64,000 nucleotides of DNA from a virus: positions 16,308 through 80,307 of the IMG/VR virus record IMGVR_UViG_3300009425_000015. The stretch is one strand, 5' to 3'. This document shows, in pieces, positions 44,908-55,730 of the stretch; position 1 is the first letter of the stretch; each line of letters opens with the position of its first letter. The translations under genes and the position numbers were made by a program. The notes under the pieces were generated by a model. It did no database searches, was not told the DNA's origin, and saw only the letters and a list, made by a program, of their open reading frames with translations.

Positions 44908-46164
44908 TTAAGTTTCTTTACCCATTGGGGTAACTCTATCTAATGATTCTATCACAATCTTTGTGCCATTGTCAAGCCTTTTTGCAATCATTATTTGGTT
45001 GCCTCCGTTGGCATATGCCAAGCTTCTTCCCTTTACTGCCTGATTGATTACGTTCAAGGCTCTTTCAAGGTTGTAATATCGATATGCGATCTTTGCGCGG
45101 GTGATTATTTTCTGAAATTGTCTAACAGATATTGAACTTTCCGATGGTGATTCTTCTAACCTCACCCTCAACAATAGCCTAAGCCAATAAACAACGTTAT
45201 ACTTCTTTTCTGTCTCGTCGATGGGCTTCCTGTGACTCAAACGCGAAACAGTCTTTCCCGAACAAACTGCTGTCCTTTTGACTGAGGGGTTTGATGCCAC
45301 AAAACTCTGATACGTAGAGGTGAGGAAGCCCCTCAAATCGTCCATATCATGCATGTGGGTTTTCATGCAATATTCTTCAAAATAATCACTGGCAGATCCT
45401 GGCATCCTTCTCACGCCGGCGCGCACCATATATCTTAGCATTTTTGTCGACGATAGGTTTGCTACAAGCCGCCATGGAGCATTTTTATCTACCAAGAACC
45501 CAAACTGTTCTGCCTTAGCAACATATGTCGTGAAATATTCTGATTCCACCATCGGTGTCTTCACTGAATCGTCAGATATATCATTCTCGCTTAGATTAAT
45601 TGCCAGGCCTGAAACTTCGGTTGGCGTGTTGTTAAGCAAGACTATCCCAGTTCTAGTTATCGGGAACTGCACCCCCATGGGCTCCATGTGCTCTTTTATA
45701 AAAACTCTCACAAAGTCATCAAAATTTTGTATGTCTTTTTCATTCCTTTTTAATAAAAAACTAACAAAGTACTTTTTCATTTCAGAAATATGATTCTCCC
45801 GCAGAAGATCGAAACTGTGCCAGCATGACGTCGGGAGTAGGGGCATTATTCCAGGCGGAGGCTGTGTCGAGTTGCTAGCTAAAAGCTCAATATAGCTTCT
45901 CCGGAAATCCTCAAAAGCTCTGACTACGAAATTCACCCCAAACACACCTGATGTACCTTCAAAGTATTCTAGGGCGCCCTTCGAGTCTTCAGTCATTAGA
46001 TAACAGGCATCGCCCCTCCTGTCGACTTTACCATAAAGCCTATTTTCGTTGGCTGTGTCAATATATGGAATATCCGAGGGGAAGCTGAGGTGCTTATAGA
46101 TGCTCCTAAGCTTATAAGATGCCTCAGCGCCATGATTGTTGTTTCCTATGTACTTAGATGGCAT
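44908..46164 (-). CDS. hypothetical protein (end of tail module)
   Basis: GGAGG RBS; long ORF; DKNAPWRLVA motif. Confidence 0.7.
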   Translation of the reverse strand: MPSKYIGNNNHGAEASYKLRSIYKHLSFPSDIPYIDTANENRLYGKVDRRGDACYLMTEDSKGALEYFEGTSGVFGVNFVVRAFEDFRRSYIELLASNSTQPPPGIMPLLPTSCWHSFDLLRENHISEMKKYFVSFLLKRNEKDIQNFDDFVRVFIKEHMEPMGVQFPITRTGIVLLNNTPTEVSGLAINLSENDISDDSVKTPMVESEYFTTYVAKAEQFGFLVDKNAPWRLVANLSSTKMLRYMVRAGVRRMPGSASDYFEEYCMKTHMHDMDDLRGFLTSTYQSFVASNPSVKRTAVCSGKTVSRLSHRKPIDETEKKYNVVYWLRLLLRVRLEESPSESSISVRQFQKIITRAKIAYRYYNLERALNVINQAVKGRSLAYANGGNQIMIAKRLDNGTKIVIESLDRVTPMGKET

Positions 46165-46174
46165 TTTTTACCTC

Positions 46175-49100
46175 CTACTTTGTATTCTTTAGAACATCTT
46201 TCGTATCCATGTACTCTTCTTTTTTGCCGCTATCTTCATGGGCAATCTTAGCTCTCTTGTGTTTTCGGACTTCGTCGGCGATAGACTGGTATTCTCCGAA
46301 TAGATCAGACTCGGGATTAACAAACTGGTATATACCTTTTGGCGTGGCGACTTTAACTATGATGGGATAATATGTATCGCCAGTGGCGTCGCTATCGCTC
46401 GAATAGACGTCACCCTTGCTCATCTTGCCTTCGTTGCCGAGATTTAAGGGATTGAAGCTGTATTTTACCTCGCTGAATTTTAACCTGGGGGATAGGGTAT
46501 CGAGTGCGCCTCGCATTTTGGCGTTGATCAACATGTACTCAGAGTTATCCGCTGTCTGGAGGCTTGGAAGCAATGTCGACATATCTGTCGCTGATTCAAA
46601 GATTGCCTTCGCAACTTTGCTCCATCCATCGTTGACAGCCTCGGCGGCGTTAAACTGTTTCGCCTTTTTGTACAAGTCCCTCACCTCGCGATCTAGCCTT
46701 TTGGTGTTTTCGCGGACTCGATGGATATTCCCCGCTGCGATGAGAGCTTCGGCCTTCAAAGTGCCCATGCCTGGATCGAACAATGTCTTTGCCTCGAGCA
46801 ATTTCTCCTGGACTCTTTCCATATCAGTCATGGGCTTCTCCGAGATATCGAATACGATCTCCGCCGGCGCCGTTGGGGCTTCAAACGGAACGCTCTTGCT
46901 CTTTCTGGCGGCAAAGGATTCGGGCATTCGAGAGCCCTGAAATCCATAACTAGTGAATTGTGCTCTCAAAGTATTTTCAAATGTACCACCTTCGATTTTC
47001 ATCGTGGATCCCAAAACAACATAATAGCCGCCCAGGCCCAACTTTGAAACTACAGAATTTTTGTTTTTTGGATCGCCCATGCCAGTCAATGAAGGGTTCA
47101 AATAAAGCTGCATGCCTGGGCGGAAATAAGTGTTGCCAATCAACCTTATGTCTGCATTATACGGGTGTTTTATCCTGTCTATCTCGCTCTCCATCGCCAG
47201 GCGTGATTCGAAAAAGTATGGCATATCATTTCTAGAGAACTTTATCTCCTTCACTAAGCCCCTATCCCTGCCAAGGGTGAGGTGGAATATTCCCTCGGAT
47301 TCGTCATCTCTTTTATTTCCTTTGCGGTGGGATGGTTTAGTAAATGTAGATCTCAATAATATATACTCGTGCAAGCCGCTTGCCTTAAGATTTGCTGACC
47401 AAGCCCTATTCATAGTCTTGAATGCCCCTGCCATGGCGTTAATGTGAACCCGGGGTTCCTTTTTCAATATGTCTCTGGGAACAGAGAAGACATCCATAGA
47501 CAGCTTTTTAGAACTCATTGCTATGTTTGGGGCAGCCTCATAACAAACTCCCCCCAAAGCTGGAAATATCATAGTTGTTGCAATCTTTCTCAAAAATCTG
47601 CCCAGTGGCCACTTCGTTAAGCCCTGTTCTACCACCGATTTTGTATACCAATCTAAAAACAAATTCAAAGAAATTGGTATATCTGCCAAATTAACTGACA
47701 CCGGCTCTTCAGTAATTGGGTGAGAATATGTCAGAGGACCTGTCAATAAACTGAACCTGTAATGATTTGCATCTGTGTTCCTCTTTCTTATCGACGAGAT
47801 AGCTGCTTGTATCAGCTCCCCTAGAAAAAAATAAGAAAACTGATATCTACCTGACGCGACGATAGGCATAAGTGCCCCCATATCTGTCGCGCCTGTTTCG
47901 GATACTGATGGTTTTTTAGACTTTTTTTCAGCTGAGGTGTCTCCAGCAGGCGACTTCTTTTCTGTTATTGCTGCGGTGGCTTTCACTTTTGCCTCTTCTT
48001 TGGCTTTTACTTTATCTGCTGCAGCTTGTGCTATGCTGACAGCGCGGTTAGCTTGCGCCGGAGTACCAACACTAGTGAATGGGGGTACGCGTCTATCATA
48101 CTTGCTTCCCGATCCCCAAGTACCCATGGAGCCAGCATTAAGCTTCATGTAGGAGTCTAGCTCCACTTTATCAACAGAAATAGTCCTTATCGCCCTTCTT
48201 ATCTCCAATTCCCTTATAAGCTGCACGTGTTTGTCAGCTCGAGCTGTCTGGACAAGGGAGTCTGCTTTGGCTATTTCGTCTTCAAACCCTGCCACTGTCA
48301 ATTCGTGGGTGTCGCGGAGCAGCTGCGTGTACTCCCTTATCTTCGGCACGGCGGAGGGATTGTACTGAGCAATCCACGAAATCTTATCGGCTTCCTTACC
48401 TTTCTGTACTGCCGGCGGTGCTTTTGCCAATGCCTTTTCAACAATTGGCGTTTTCATAAACATAACCAGTCTCTTGTGAGCTGAGTCACTGGTCATGTGC
48501 GCCTTCATTTGTGCTGTTGTTTTTTCAACCTGTTTTGCTGCTTTATCTCGCAAATATACTTCTCCTGCAGATTCTGCAAATATATTTGTTCTGTAGTCAT
48601 CGTCAAGCAGGCCTTCGAGGCGGCCGTGGTATTCGACAGTTATATTCGCGCTGCCGTCCTGATTAAAGTCGATGTTGTGATTATTTAAAGTCATTAACGT
48701 TGTTAGTTTGCTATTGTTTATAGCAATACGGAGATCCTTATTTATGAGCTTTACTAGCTTGGAAGGAAGACTCCATCCAATAACTGCCTTTATTTCAAAA
48801 TTCATTGAATTTGCTATCTGTGAATAGTGCACTAGTTGGCCAGACTTCTTATCACGAACCCAGCTTTTGCCTTTTTTCCCCTTGAGCAGTTTTTGTGGTA
48901 CCAACAAATCCATCGGGGCTGCAGCTCCGGGGCGTGCGGGCTTAGTGAATGTCGTTAAGTCCTGGACATATAAGACTATAGTTGCCATGACAATTCTTTC
49001 CGCAGACTCCATATCTGTACCTTGCCAGTCGAAGTTTATACTTTTGATGCCCACACCTTCACCTCTGCCGGCTCGGCCCTTCAAGATGGCTGACACCTTG

Positions 49101-50653
49101 TTTTTTGATAAGTGATCTTCGAAAACAAAGGGCTTTTCAGTAGACTTTTTCACGCTATCATTGGCATATGTAACCTTATAAAGTTCTATTTTCGGAGTCA
49201 GCAATGCCGCTTGGGCTGGAGTGATGTCCATCATGGGCTTTATTCCTGCCCTGCTTAATAGTTTGTTCGTTATAACAGAAGCTTCCCCCTCCAATATCAC
49301 CATGCCGCCGTTTGGCGTGACAAGCTGTGAAGTTTTAGATATCGCCGAAAATTTATCTACAAAGCTCATGAGGTAGCATTGCTCCATCATTCTTACCTGT
49401 GCTGGTTTGCCTGCAGTAAAGTCGGTGTCTTCCTCTACGTCTTTAACTTCTTGCTTCATCAACAGCGCTTGCCAGAGTTGAACCTCCTCCTGGCTTCCTT
49501 TCATCTCATGCTCCTTATGAAGCTTTGCTAGAAGCATCTCCAGTGCGTTTTTTTGCTCCCCTGACATAACTTGGCCGGCTTTGCCAGCAGCGGCGATTAC
49601 CCGTGCCTTGTATTTCTTGGCTAGCTGGACGATCCCCATGATGGGCCCTGGCAGGTACTTCAGGATGGATTCTTTAGTCGCTCGGACGTCGAATTCTGTA
49701 TTGTCGCTGCTGGAACCGAGTAAACTGAATACTTCTGATTTCTTCATTACGCCTGTATCAATTATCCTTTTCAGCTTCTGTGGCATATTATGATTTGTCA
49801 TCAGTTCTATGGCACGTGCTCGCGCTGCATCGTCGTCGAGCGGAACGGAGCCGTGGATGGTGCCGACGTCTGTACCAGTCATGAAATGGTGCATGCCGCT
49901 AGTGTAGGGCTTACCTACCCATTTATCCTCGATGTACTTGATAATATCTTTGACGTTATTACTCCATGGGCCGTGCAGGCCAGTTGCGCCACTGTCCATG
50001 ACTTTACTACCTGTGACGAGATATGACACCTGTTGAACATAGCGTGTATGTCGTCCCGCGGATCCACGTGGGTTAGATACTATATCGCTTTCCAAGGACT
50101 CGTCGCGGGTTGCGTTTAAGAATTTCTTATAATCTGCGGAGTCAGCGTTGCCAGATATCGTTTCGGATTCGATCTTTAAGAGATGCTCGCCAAACAGCTT
50201 GCTAGCAACCGCTTTAAAGTCTACAAGAGTCAGTGGAACTGCGTAGTTTTTATCGTATCGCAGGTTCCCACCGGCTCGCGTGCGCAGATCGAGCCAGGTG
50301 TCGAGTACTTTTCGCTGAAACTGCTCACCTTCTCCGACGTTGTTCGTGGCGCGCCAAGCGTCCGTCACGCGGCCGCGCTGGTTTTCATCTGTCGTGACAG
50401 TATCAGCAGCAACCAGCATATCTACAAAAAGCCTCATGGCGTTCGTGGATTTTCCATTGGACTGAATGAACTTCCTCATTTCAGTGGAAGACATATTTGT
50501 CTTAGTGGCCAAGTCTTGGAAATCTTCTTCACCAGCTTGCAATTTGAGATATGTTAGCGCGCCGGGCTTCAGCTGAATGCCATTCGCCTTATTGGAGGTA
50601 ATTTGTTCATCAAGATATTTCGTCTTTTCTCCTGTTTCATATATATCTGCCAT
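46175..50653 (-). CDS. large baseplate hub-like tail protein
   Basis: C-terminal IGNTYFRPGM...GGYYVV pattern typical of gp27/hub proteins; synteny after LysM/gp53-like gene. Confidence 0.6.
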   Translation of the reverse strand: MADIYETGEKTKYLDEQITSNKANGIQLKPGALTYLKLQAGEEDFQDLATKTNMSSTEMRKFIQSNGKSTNAMRLFVDMLVAADTVTTDENQRGRVTDAWRATNNVGEGEQFQRKVLDTWLDLRTRAGGNLRYDKNYAVPLTLVDFKAVASKLFGEHLLKIESETISGNADSADYKKFLNATRDESLESDIVSNPRGSAGRHTRYVQQVSYLVTGSKVMDSGATGLHGPWSNNVKDIIKYIEDKWVGKPYTSGMHHFMTGTDVGTIHGSVPLDDDAARARAIELMTNHNMPQKLKRIIDTGVMKKSEVFSLLGSSSDNTEFDVRATKESILKYLPGPIMGIVQLAKKYKARVIAAAGKAGQVMSGEQKNALEMLLAKLHKEHEMKGSQEEVQLWQALLMKQEVKDVEEDTDFTAGKPAQVRMMEQCYLMSFVDKFSAISKTSQLVTPNGGMVILEGEASVITNKLLSRAGIKPMMDITPAQAALLTPKIELYKVTYANDSVKKSTEKPFVFEDHLSKNKVSAILKGRAGRGEGVGIKSINFDWQGTDMESAERIVMATIVLYVQDLTTFTKPARPGAAAPMDLLVPQKLLKGKKGKSWVRDKKSGQLVHYSQIANSMNFEIKAVIGWSLPSKLVKLINKDLRIAINNSKLTTLMTLNNHNIDFNQDGSANITVEYHGRLEGLLDDDYRTNIFAESAGEVYLRDKAAKQVEKTTAQMKAHMTSDSAHKRLVMFMKTPIVEKALAKAPPAVQKGKEADKISWIAQYNPSAVPKIREYTQLLRDTHELTVAGFEDEIAKADSLVQTARADKHVQLIRELEIRRAIRTISVDKVELDSYMKLNAGSMGTWGSGSKYDRRVPPFTSVGTPAQANRAVSIAQAAADKVKAKEEAKVKATAAITEKKSPAGDTSAEKKSKKPSVSETGATDMGALMPIVASGRYQFSYFFLGELIQAAISSIRKRNTDANHYRFSLLTGPLTYSHPITEEPVSVNLADIPISLNLFLDWYTKSVVEQGLTKWPLGRFLRKIATTMIFPALGGVCYEAAPNIAMSSKKLSMDVFSVPRDILKKEPRVHINAMAGAFKTMNRAWSANLKASGLHEYILLRSTFTKPSHRKGNKRDDESEGIFHLTLGRDRGLVKEIKFSRNDMPYFFESRLAMESEIDRIKHPYNADIRLIGNTYFRPGMQLYLNPSLTGMGDPKNKNSVVSKLGLGGYYVVLGSTMKIEGGTFENTLRAQFTSYGFQGSRMPESFAARKSKSVPFEAPTAPAEIVFDISEKPMTDMERVQEKLLEAKTLFDPGMGTLKAEALIAAGNIHRVRENTKRLDREVRDLYKKAKQFNAAEAVNDGWSKVAKAIFESATDMSTLLPSLQTADNSEYMLINAKMRGALDTLSPRLKFSEVKYSFNPLNLGNEGKMSKGDVYSSDSDATGDTYYPIIVKVATPKGIYQFVNPESDLFGEYQSIADEVRKHKRAKIAHEDSGKKEEYMDTKDVLKNTK

Positions 50654-50656
50654 TTT

Positions 50657-51004
50657 TTATCCCTTCGCACTATAAAACATGCCAAGGATGTCTTCCAAAG
50701 GCAGTGGTATATACACCGGATCTCCCACGTCTAAATGGGCGTCTGTTGGTTTTTCGTTAAACCAGGCTATAAGCCACCAATATTCTGGATCTCCATAGAA
50801 TTGCTGTGACAGTTTGTAATATCTGTCTCCAACAGTCCAGATGTGCCCAATAGTTGTTAGCTCTGAAACGTCTTCAGCGTTCATTTGATAAAACTCAGGA
50901 AACCCGTAATGGTTGAATCCACTTATTCCTCTTTCTTTTGCCTTTTTAGCATATAATTCATGATTATTAAAGAAAACTTTTTTTAAATCGGATCTACCAG
51001 CCAT
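50657..51004 (-). CDS. LysM-containing baseplate wedge protein (gp53-like)
   Basis: GDRYYKLSQQFYGDPEYWWLIAWFN...GDPVYIP. Confidence 0.85.
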   Translation of the reverse strand: MAGRSDLKKVFFNNHELYAKKAKERGISGFNHYGFPEFYQMNAEDVSELTTIGHIWTVGDRYYKLSQQFYGDPEYWWLIAWFNEKPTDAHLDVGDPVYIPLPLEDILGMFYSAKG

Positions 51005-51906
51005 TACCTGCTCCCCGGGGGCTTGGCCGGGCCGAAAAAACCGCCTAGAGATAAGTTGGTGGATGGTATCGAAAGAATCTCACCCACGGCGCCGTCCGCG
51101 ATCTTGGGTAGTACTCTTTTTTTCTTCTTCTTGCCTTTTTCCTTGGGGCGATCTTTAGTAGGCAAAATATCTCCCTTCGCATTGATCCTTTTGCCACTGG
51201 CTGCATCACACTTACTATAGTTCCCAGTCAAATCGTCAGTGCCATACGGGAACGCCGTTAAGCCTGAACCTGGCTTTGGATCTCCTCTCCATCTGCTTTT
51301 TTGATCCCAACCAAGTGGATGAGTGTGCAATACCGTAAACGAAACATTCATTGACACACTCTTCGGGTATAACTGCCCAGTACCTGGCATAAAAAATCCT
51401 GGTTCAAATGTTGGAGCGTAGTTTAGTGCTTCCACCACTGCCACCAAGCCACCTTTTGCCGCATAAGGCGAGTTGCCTGAAGCGTCTGCTTGCCTTATCA
51501 TGTTGGCAAACTTAATCTTCATTAATGGGCTAGCCTGAAGTGTTGCAATTTTGCCTTTATTATACACTGGATACAGCATTGACATTAGGTGTTCTATTCT
51601 ATGCAAGTTAGATTGAGCTTCTTCCAAAGATACCGCTACCACATCAAATGAAATTGATATTTTTCTAGAAGTGCCCTGATATGTCATAATCGGATCCAAT
51701 CTTCCGTATACCTGTTCTGAATTCCAGTTAGCTTGATATTGATCGTCAAAAGCTGTCACAAAACCCTTGAATGCAACACACTTGCCTGTAGCTATATGGT
51801 AAAAATCAATAAACATATGTTTATGATTTACCATTGCCTGATCTCCCACAGAACCCCTATCTCCCATAGGTACGTGAGTTACTGATGGTGGTACGTATCC
51901 TGCCAT
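51004..51906 (-). CDS. tail tube-initiator/baseplate protein (gp48/54-like)
   Basis: WNSEQVYGRLDPIMTYQGTSRKISISF...YP...P; follows the tape measure gene. Confidence 0.65.
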   Translation of the reverse strand: MAGYVPPSVTHVPMGDRGSVGDQAMVNHKHMFIDFYHIATGKCVAFKGFVTAFDDQYQANWNSEQVYGRLDPIMTYQGTSRKISISFDVVAVSLEEAQSNLHRIEHLMSMLYPVYNKGKIATLQASPLMKIKFANMIRQADASGNSPYAAKGGLVAVVEALNYAPTFEPGFFMPGTGQLYPKSVSMNVSFTVLHTHPLGWDQKSRWRGDPKPGSGLTAFPYGTDDLTGNYSKCDAASGKRINAKGDILPTKDRPKEKGKKKKKRVLPKIADGAVGEILSIPSTNLSLGGFFGPAKPPGSR

Positions 51907-51913
51907 GATTTAA

Positions 51914-54256
51914 TCACCTCCCTCCAGAGTTCAAGCCCCTTGAGGCTCTCTTGTTATAATTATACATTGAACTTTCAAGTGATGACTCGCCGCTGGACAT
52001 CGCAACCTGCGGACGGCTAGTATGCTTTGCTATTTCCTTAAGATGTTCTTCGTTTTTCTTTTGCACTTTGTTCATCTCTTTAAGTATTGCCACCATGCTT
52101 TGTAGGCCGGCGTCGACGCCCCCTCCAGACTTAACGCCAAGGAAAGAGTCATTCTTGTTGATTGGCTGGATTGTCCCACCAGTATCATCCCCCTGGTATA
52201 CAAAGTCGTCCATCGCGGCGCCTGCCACGTTAAGGCCTGCGCCAGCAGCCATTAAGCCGGCGCCAACTGCCCAACCAACACCAGGGACGAACATTGCAAT
52301 GCCGCCAGCCATGCCGAGTACCCCACCTAAACCTGATGCGACTCGGGATCCTGTTGACTTACTTTTGTCAGTGGCTCCTTTATAGCCCATGTATCCCATT
52401 CCCGCGCCAACGGTCGCACCGACGCCCTTGCCCAGACCACCGGCTGGGCCTCTGCCCATCGGTATAGATGCTGCAACTGCCCGATTGGAAGCTATTTGGG
52501 TGACAGCTGAAGCCTTCGCAGCGGCTGCGAGCGCTACGTATCCGGCGATGGCTTTGACTATTGCGGCGCCCATACTAAACATTGCCCAGCCTATCAGAAC
52601 GTTAACAATGGTGCTTGCCAATTCTTTTATCTTGTCAATTAGCCCTGGCTTTCCCTGTCCACCTGCAATAATCTCTTTCCATTCTTGGATTTTCTCTTGC
52701 ATATTTTTTATGCCTTCAGCGCCATCTCCTGTGGCACCCATAAAATCTTTGAATAAAACCATAGCGATCTCTTTAAGTGCCAGTTGCATCATTCTTAATA
52801 TTGGCTGAATTGCTTTTGCCCTGTCTGCGAAAGCGATATCAGTTGCTGCTGCCCTATCCATCTCCTTCCTTCTGGCTGAAGCCTCTGTTGTGCTCATTCT
52901 CATTAATCTGCCTGCCTCTTCGACATCCATATTCAGAGCCTTTGCAATACCCTTCTTTTGAAACCTTTCCATCTGTTCCCAGCTTCTTCCTGATGCCTTC
53001 ATAGAATTCCGTACGGCTTCTATCCTTTCATCCTCTTTCATCCCCACAAGCTCAACGGTATTGAGGTATGGGCCGCCTAGAAAAGCGTTGAGTGTTCCGG
53101 CGGCCGCCGCGGCGCCTTGAAATGTATCAAACTGTCCGGTTGTTGCTAGCAATCTCGACATTGACAGCCCCGTTGCCTTTGATTGAGCTTCCAACTTGAC
53201 AAACACCGACTTCATCTGGCCGCCGTAGACTGCCAATTGTGGAGCTGCCTGCTGAAATTCTGCTGCCAAATCTTTTGGTGCTTTGCCCAAAGCTGATGAC
53301 ATCTTATATATTTCTTCCACAGTACCTATAGCAGCTTCTCTTGTTGCCCCTATGGACTTCTCCATGCTGTCCATTATTCTGACGCTGTCTTGGCTTGACA
53401 TACCCAATTCATCCAGAACTGTAAGTTGTTTTGCTAGCTGAAGTCTTGTTTTCTCACCGATGTCATTGAAGCTAGAGTAAGAATTTTTGAGCGCTATTAT
53501 TGTTGGCAGGACATCCGAGAATTCCCACTTAACCCCCATCGTCTCTTGTCTTATCTCTGCCAACATGCCAACGTATTCAGTGCCGGCGCCGGTGGCTTGC
53601 GCAAAAGAATGCTGAGCTGTATCAACCGCCAATATAGCGCCGCCCACTACCTTACCTATCATAGCTATGGCGTCGACGCCGCCGAAAAGTCCGACACTGG
53701 CTATGGATTTCCCCAAACCGTGAAATGCGCCCTTTACCTTGTCCACGTTTGTTATCGTTTTTGCCCATCCAGTGTTGTTCAAACCAGTTACCGTCCGAGC
53801 AAGCATCTTCAACTTTTCATTTGTGCCGGCAGATGCATTTTTAAAATTTTCAAGCTTTTTGGCTGCAATATCTTGTGCCTTGGCGTTTCTTTCCAATTCT
53901 TTTGTTAGAGCCTTGAGCCGCTTGGTTTCTTCCTCATTGAGGCTTCCTTTCTGCTTTAGCTTAGCTATCTCCCTTTCTAACTGGACTTGTCGGACTTGGA
54001 GTACAGCGTTGAGCCTCTGACTTTCCACAGTTTGCCTCTGTGTGATAGAAATAAGAGACTTTCTGGCAGCAGCTTCTTCATTAATCTGTTTTATTGCTTC
54101 TTCTGGGGACAGGGTGTCAAGCTTGACACCGAAAACGCTAGAAGATCCTGATTTGCTGCCTTCCGTCATGCCTTCTTTAACTGCCTGCTTGAGAAGCCCA
54201 GGCAGAGCGTCTAGAAGTTGGGCGAATTCTGAATTGACGTTATTTCCATTTGCCAT
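51914..54256 (-). CDS. tail tape measure protein
   Basis: Ala/Gly-rich helical protein with hydrophobic segments; position between chaperone and tube-initiator genes. Confidence 0.75.
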   Translation of the reverse strand: MANGNNVNSEFAQLLDALPGLLKQAVKEGMTEGSKSGSSSVFGVKLDTLSPEEAIKQINEEAAARKSLISITQRQTVESQRLNAVLQVRQVQLEREIAKLKQKGSLNEEETKRLKALTKELERNAKAQDIAAKKLENFKNASAGTNEKLKMLARTVTGLNNTGWAKTITNVDKVKGAFHGLGKSIASVGLFGGVDAIAMIGKVVGGAILAVDTAQHSFAQATGAGTEYVGMLAEIRQETMGVKWEFSDVLPTIIALKNSYSSFNDIGEKTRLQLAKQLTVLDELGMSSQDSVRIMDSMEKSIGATREAAIGTVEEIYKMSSALGKAPKDLAAEFQQAAPQLAVYGGQMKSVFVKLEAQSKATGLSMSRLLATTGQFDTFQGAAAAAGTLNAFLGGPYLNTVELVGMKEDERIEAVRNSMKASGRSWEQMERFQKKGIAKALNMDVEEAGRLMRMSTTEASARRKEMDRAAATDIAFADRAKAIQPILRMMQLALKEIAMVLFKDFMGATGDGAEGIKNMQEKIQEWKEIIAGGQGKPGLIDKIKELASTIVNVLIGWAMFSMGAAIVKAIAGYVALAAAAKASAVTQIASNRAVAASIPMGRGPAGGLGKGVGATVGAGMGYMGYKGATDKSKSTGSRVASGLGGVLGMAGGIAMFVPGVGWAVGAGLMAAGAGLNVAGAAMDDFVYQGDDTGGTIQPINKNDSFLGVKSGGGVDAGLQSMVAILKEMNKVQKKNEEHLKEIAKHTSRPQVAMSSGESSLESSMYNYNKRASRGLNSGGR

Positions 54257-54267
54257 GAGTTACCCCC

Positions 54268-54603
54268 CTATTTAAAGGGCCACGGAATGCCTGTTTGTCT
54301 TTCGAACTTTGAAACCGCGCTGTGCAAACTAATACGGCTTCTATATGTATTTTTATCATTCAACCCATTCTTGTTGAATGAGTCCATATACGTCTTTTCA
54401 GCTGCCAGGGCTCCGGCAAATGCCTTTATCTGATCCCTGGTGCCTGTTACTGAGCCTGCCATTGCGTTAAAGGGTGATGACGAACCAAACATAAGATGAA
54501 GCATCATTTTAATTTGAGCGCCCATAACTGCTGCGTTATAGAGCATCTCATTGACTTCTTTTCCTTTTGTCAAGTCTATGACAATACTGTCTGTGGTGTC
54601 CAT
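54268..54603 (-). CDS. conserved hypothetical tail-region protein
   Basis: GGGGGG RBS; FERQTGIPWPFK C-terminus. Confidence 0.7.
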   Translation of the reverse strand: MDTTDSIVIDLTKGKEVNEMLYNAAVMGAQIKMMLHLMFGSSSPFNAMAGSVTGTRDQIKAFAGALAAEKTYMDSFNKNGLNDKNTYRSRISLHSAVSKFERQTGIPWPFK

Positions 54604-54644
54604 TGGATATAATCCCCCCGTATTTATAACTAGTTAACCAAACA

Positions 54645-54683
54645 ATAAAATAAACGAGCTAATACAAATGTACTAGCTCGTTT
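54645..54683 (-). terminator. intrinsic terminator
   Basis: AAACGAGCTAGTAC-ATTT-GTATTAGCTCGTTT followed by ATTTTATT. Confidence 0.75.
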
Positions 54684-54685
54684 TA

Positions 54686-54880
54686 CTAATTAGAACGCTT
54701 TTTGGCTTTTTCTATTTCTTCGTTTTGTTCCTCGAAATGCCTTGTTAGCCTTTGGACAAACCAAAGACGCAGTTTAATCGGAAGATTATATGCTTCCCAA
54801 AAGCTCCATCCACCATGGTGCTTTAAATAAAAAAACTGCTCATACACATGTTCGATATATTCATTTGCTAGGCCAAAAGA
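54686..54880 (-). CDS. tail assembly chaperone C-terminal (GT-like) extension, probably reached by frameshift
   Basis: YEQFFYLKHHGGWSFWEAYNLPIKLRLWF; overlaps the 3' end of 54861..55712 at TTC TTT TGG. Confidence 0.6.
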   Translation of the reverse strand, partial: SFGLANEYIEHVYEQFFYLKHHGGWSFWEAYNLPIKLRLWFVQRLTRHFEEQNEEIEKAKKRSN

Positions 54881-55712
54881 ACTCACCCGTGAAAGGCACC
54901 TCCACAACTGATCCGGTACCACACTCCGGACAGGTAACTACCTGAGACATATCTACGTCAGGTATAATTTTCGTATAAGTACTTCTCAAGATTCTAGAAT
55001 CCTGAGCAGGCATCATATCTATGAACTTAGCTATCAAAGTCTTATCATCGCTTCCGTTGGCAGAAACAATAATCGACTTTAACATATCTGTCAAACTTGA
55101 ATCTGGCAAGTTATACTTTTTCTTCTTCTTTTCAGCAGCTGCCTGTATCTTTTCGTCCTTTCCGAAGAGCGGACGTAATCCAACAGTAACTTTAGACATC
55201 GGAAGCTGCATATAATACAAGCCGTCTCTCAATTCAACATCGTTTTCTTCTAGGTTTGGTTCTTGCACCGAATCTAGAGCGCTCAAATCAAATGTTTCAG
55301 AGAAGTTCGCTGTACAATGTGAACAACCAACGGAAACCTCATAATCTGAGCCGTATCCAGTAACTCTTGCTGCTACTAAAATAGCGTTTCTATCACCGAC
55401 TAGCAAGTCGTCTGGCGATACATCATCCAACATGATGCTACTAATTAACCTGTCTAAAACAATACCCTTAGTTATCAAACTTTTGGACGTTAAGATGTCT
55501 TCTTCCTTTGCTGTCATATATTTAATTTCAACAGATTGCTTTCCACAAAGCGGATGCCCTTCTCGATAGAGGAGTCCCCCAGAGGGTAACTCAACGATCT
55601 CGGTTGGCATAACGAAGGAAAGCATAGAAGATGGATCTTTGTCCATAACTTCGTTCGGTGGGGTAGGAGCATCGTTAACAGGGTTTACTCTACTCTCATT
55701 TCTTCTTGACAT
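54861..55712 (-). CDS. baseplate hub/tail assembly chaperone (T4 gp26-like)
   Basis: LPSGG, MTAKEEDIL, GDRNAIL...GYG, CxxC twice, ends FFWP. Confidence 0.8.
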   Translation of the reverse strand: MSRRNESRVNPVNDAPTPPNEVMDKDPSSMLSFVMPTEIVELPSGGLLYREGHPLCGKQSVEIKYMTAKEEDILTSKSLITKGIVLDRLISSIMLDDVSPDDLLVGDRNAILVAARVTGYGSDYEVSVGCSHCTANFSETFDLSALDSVQEPNLEENDVELRDGLYYMQLPMSKVTVGLRPLFGKDEKIQAAAEKKKKKYNLPDSSLTDMLKSIIVSANGSDDKTLIAKFIDMMPAQDSRILRSTYTKIIPDVDMSQVVTCPECGTGSVVEVPFTGEFFWPSK

Positions 55713-55730
55713 AATCTCCTCTACTTGTCA

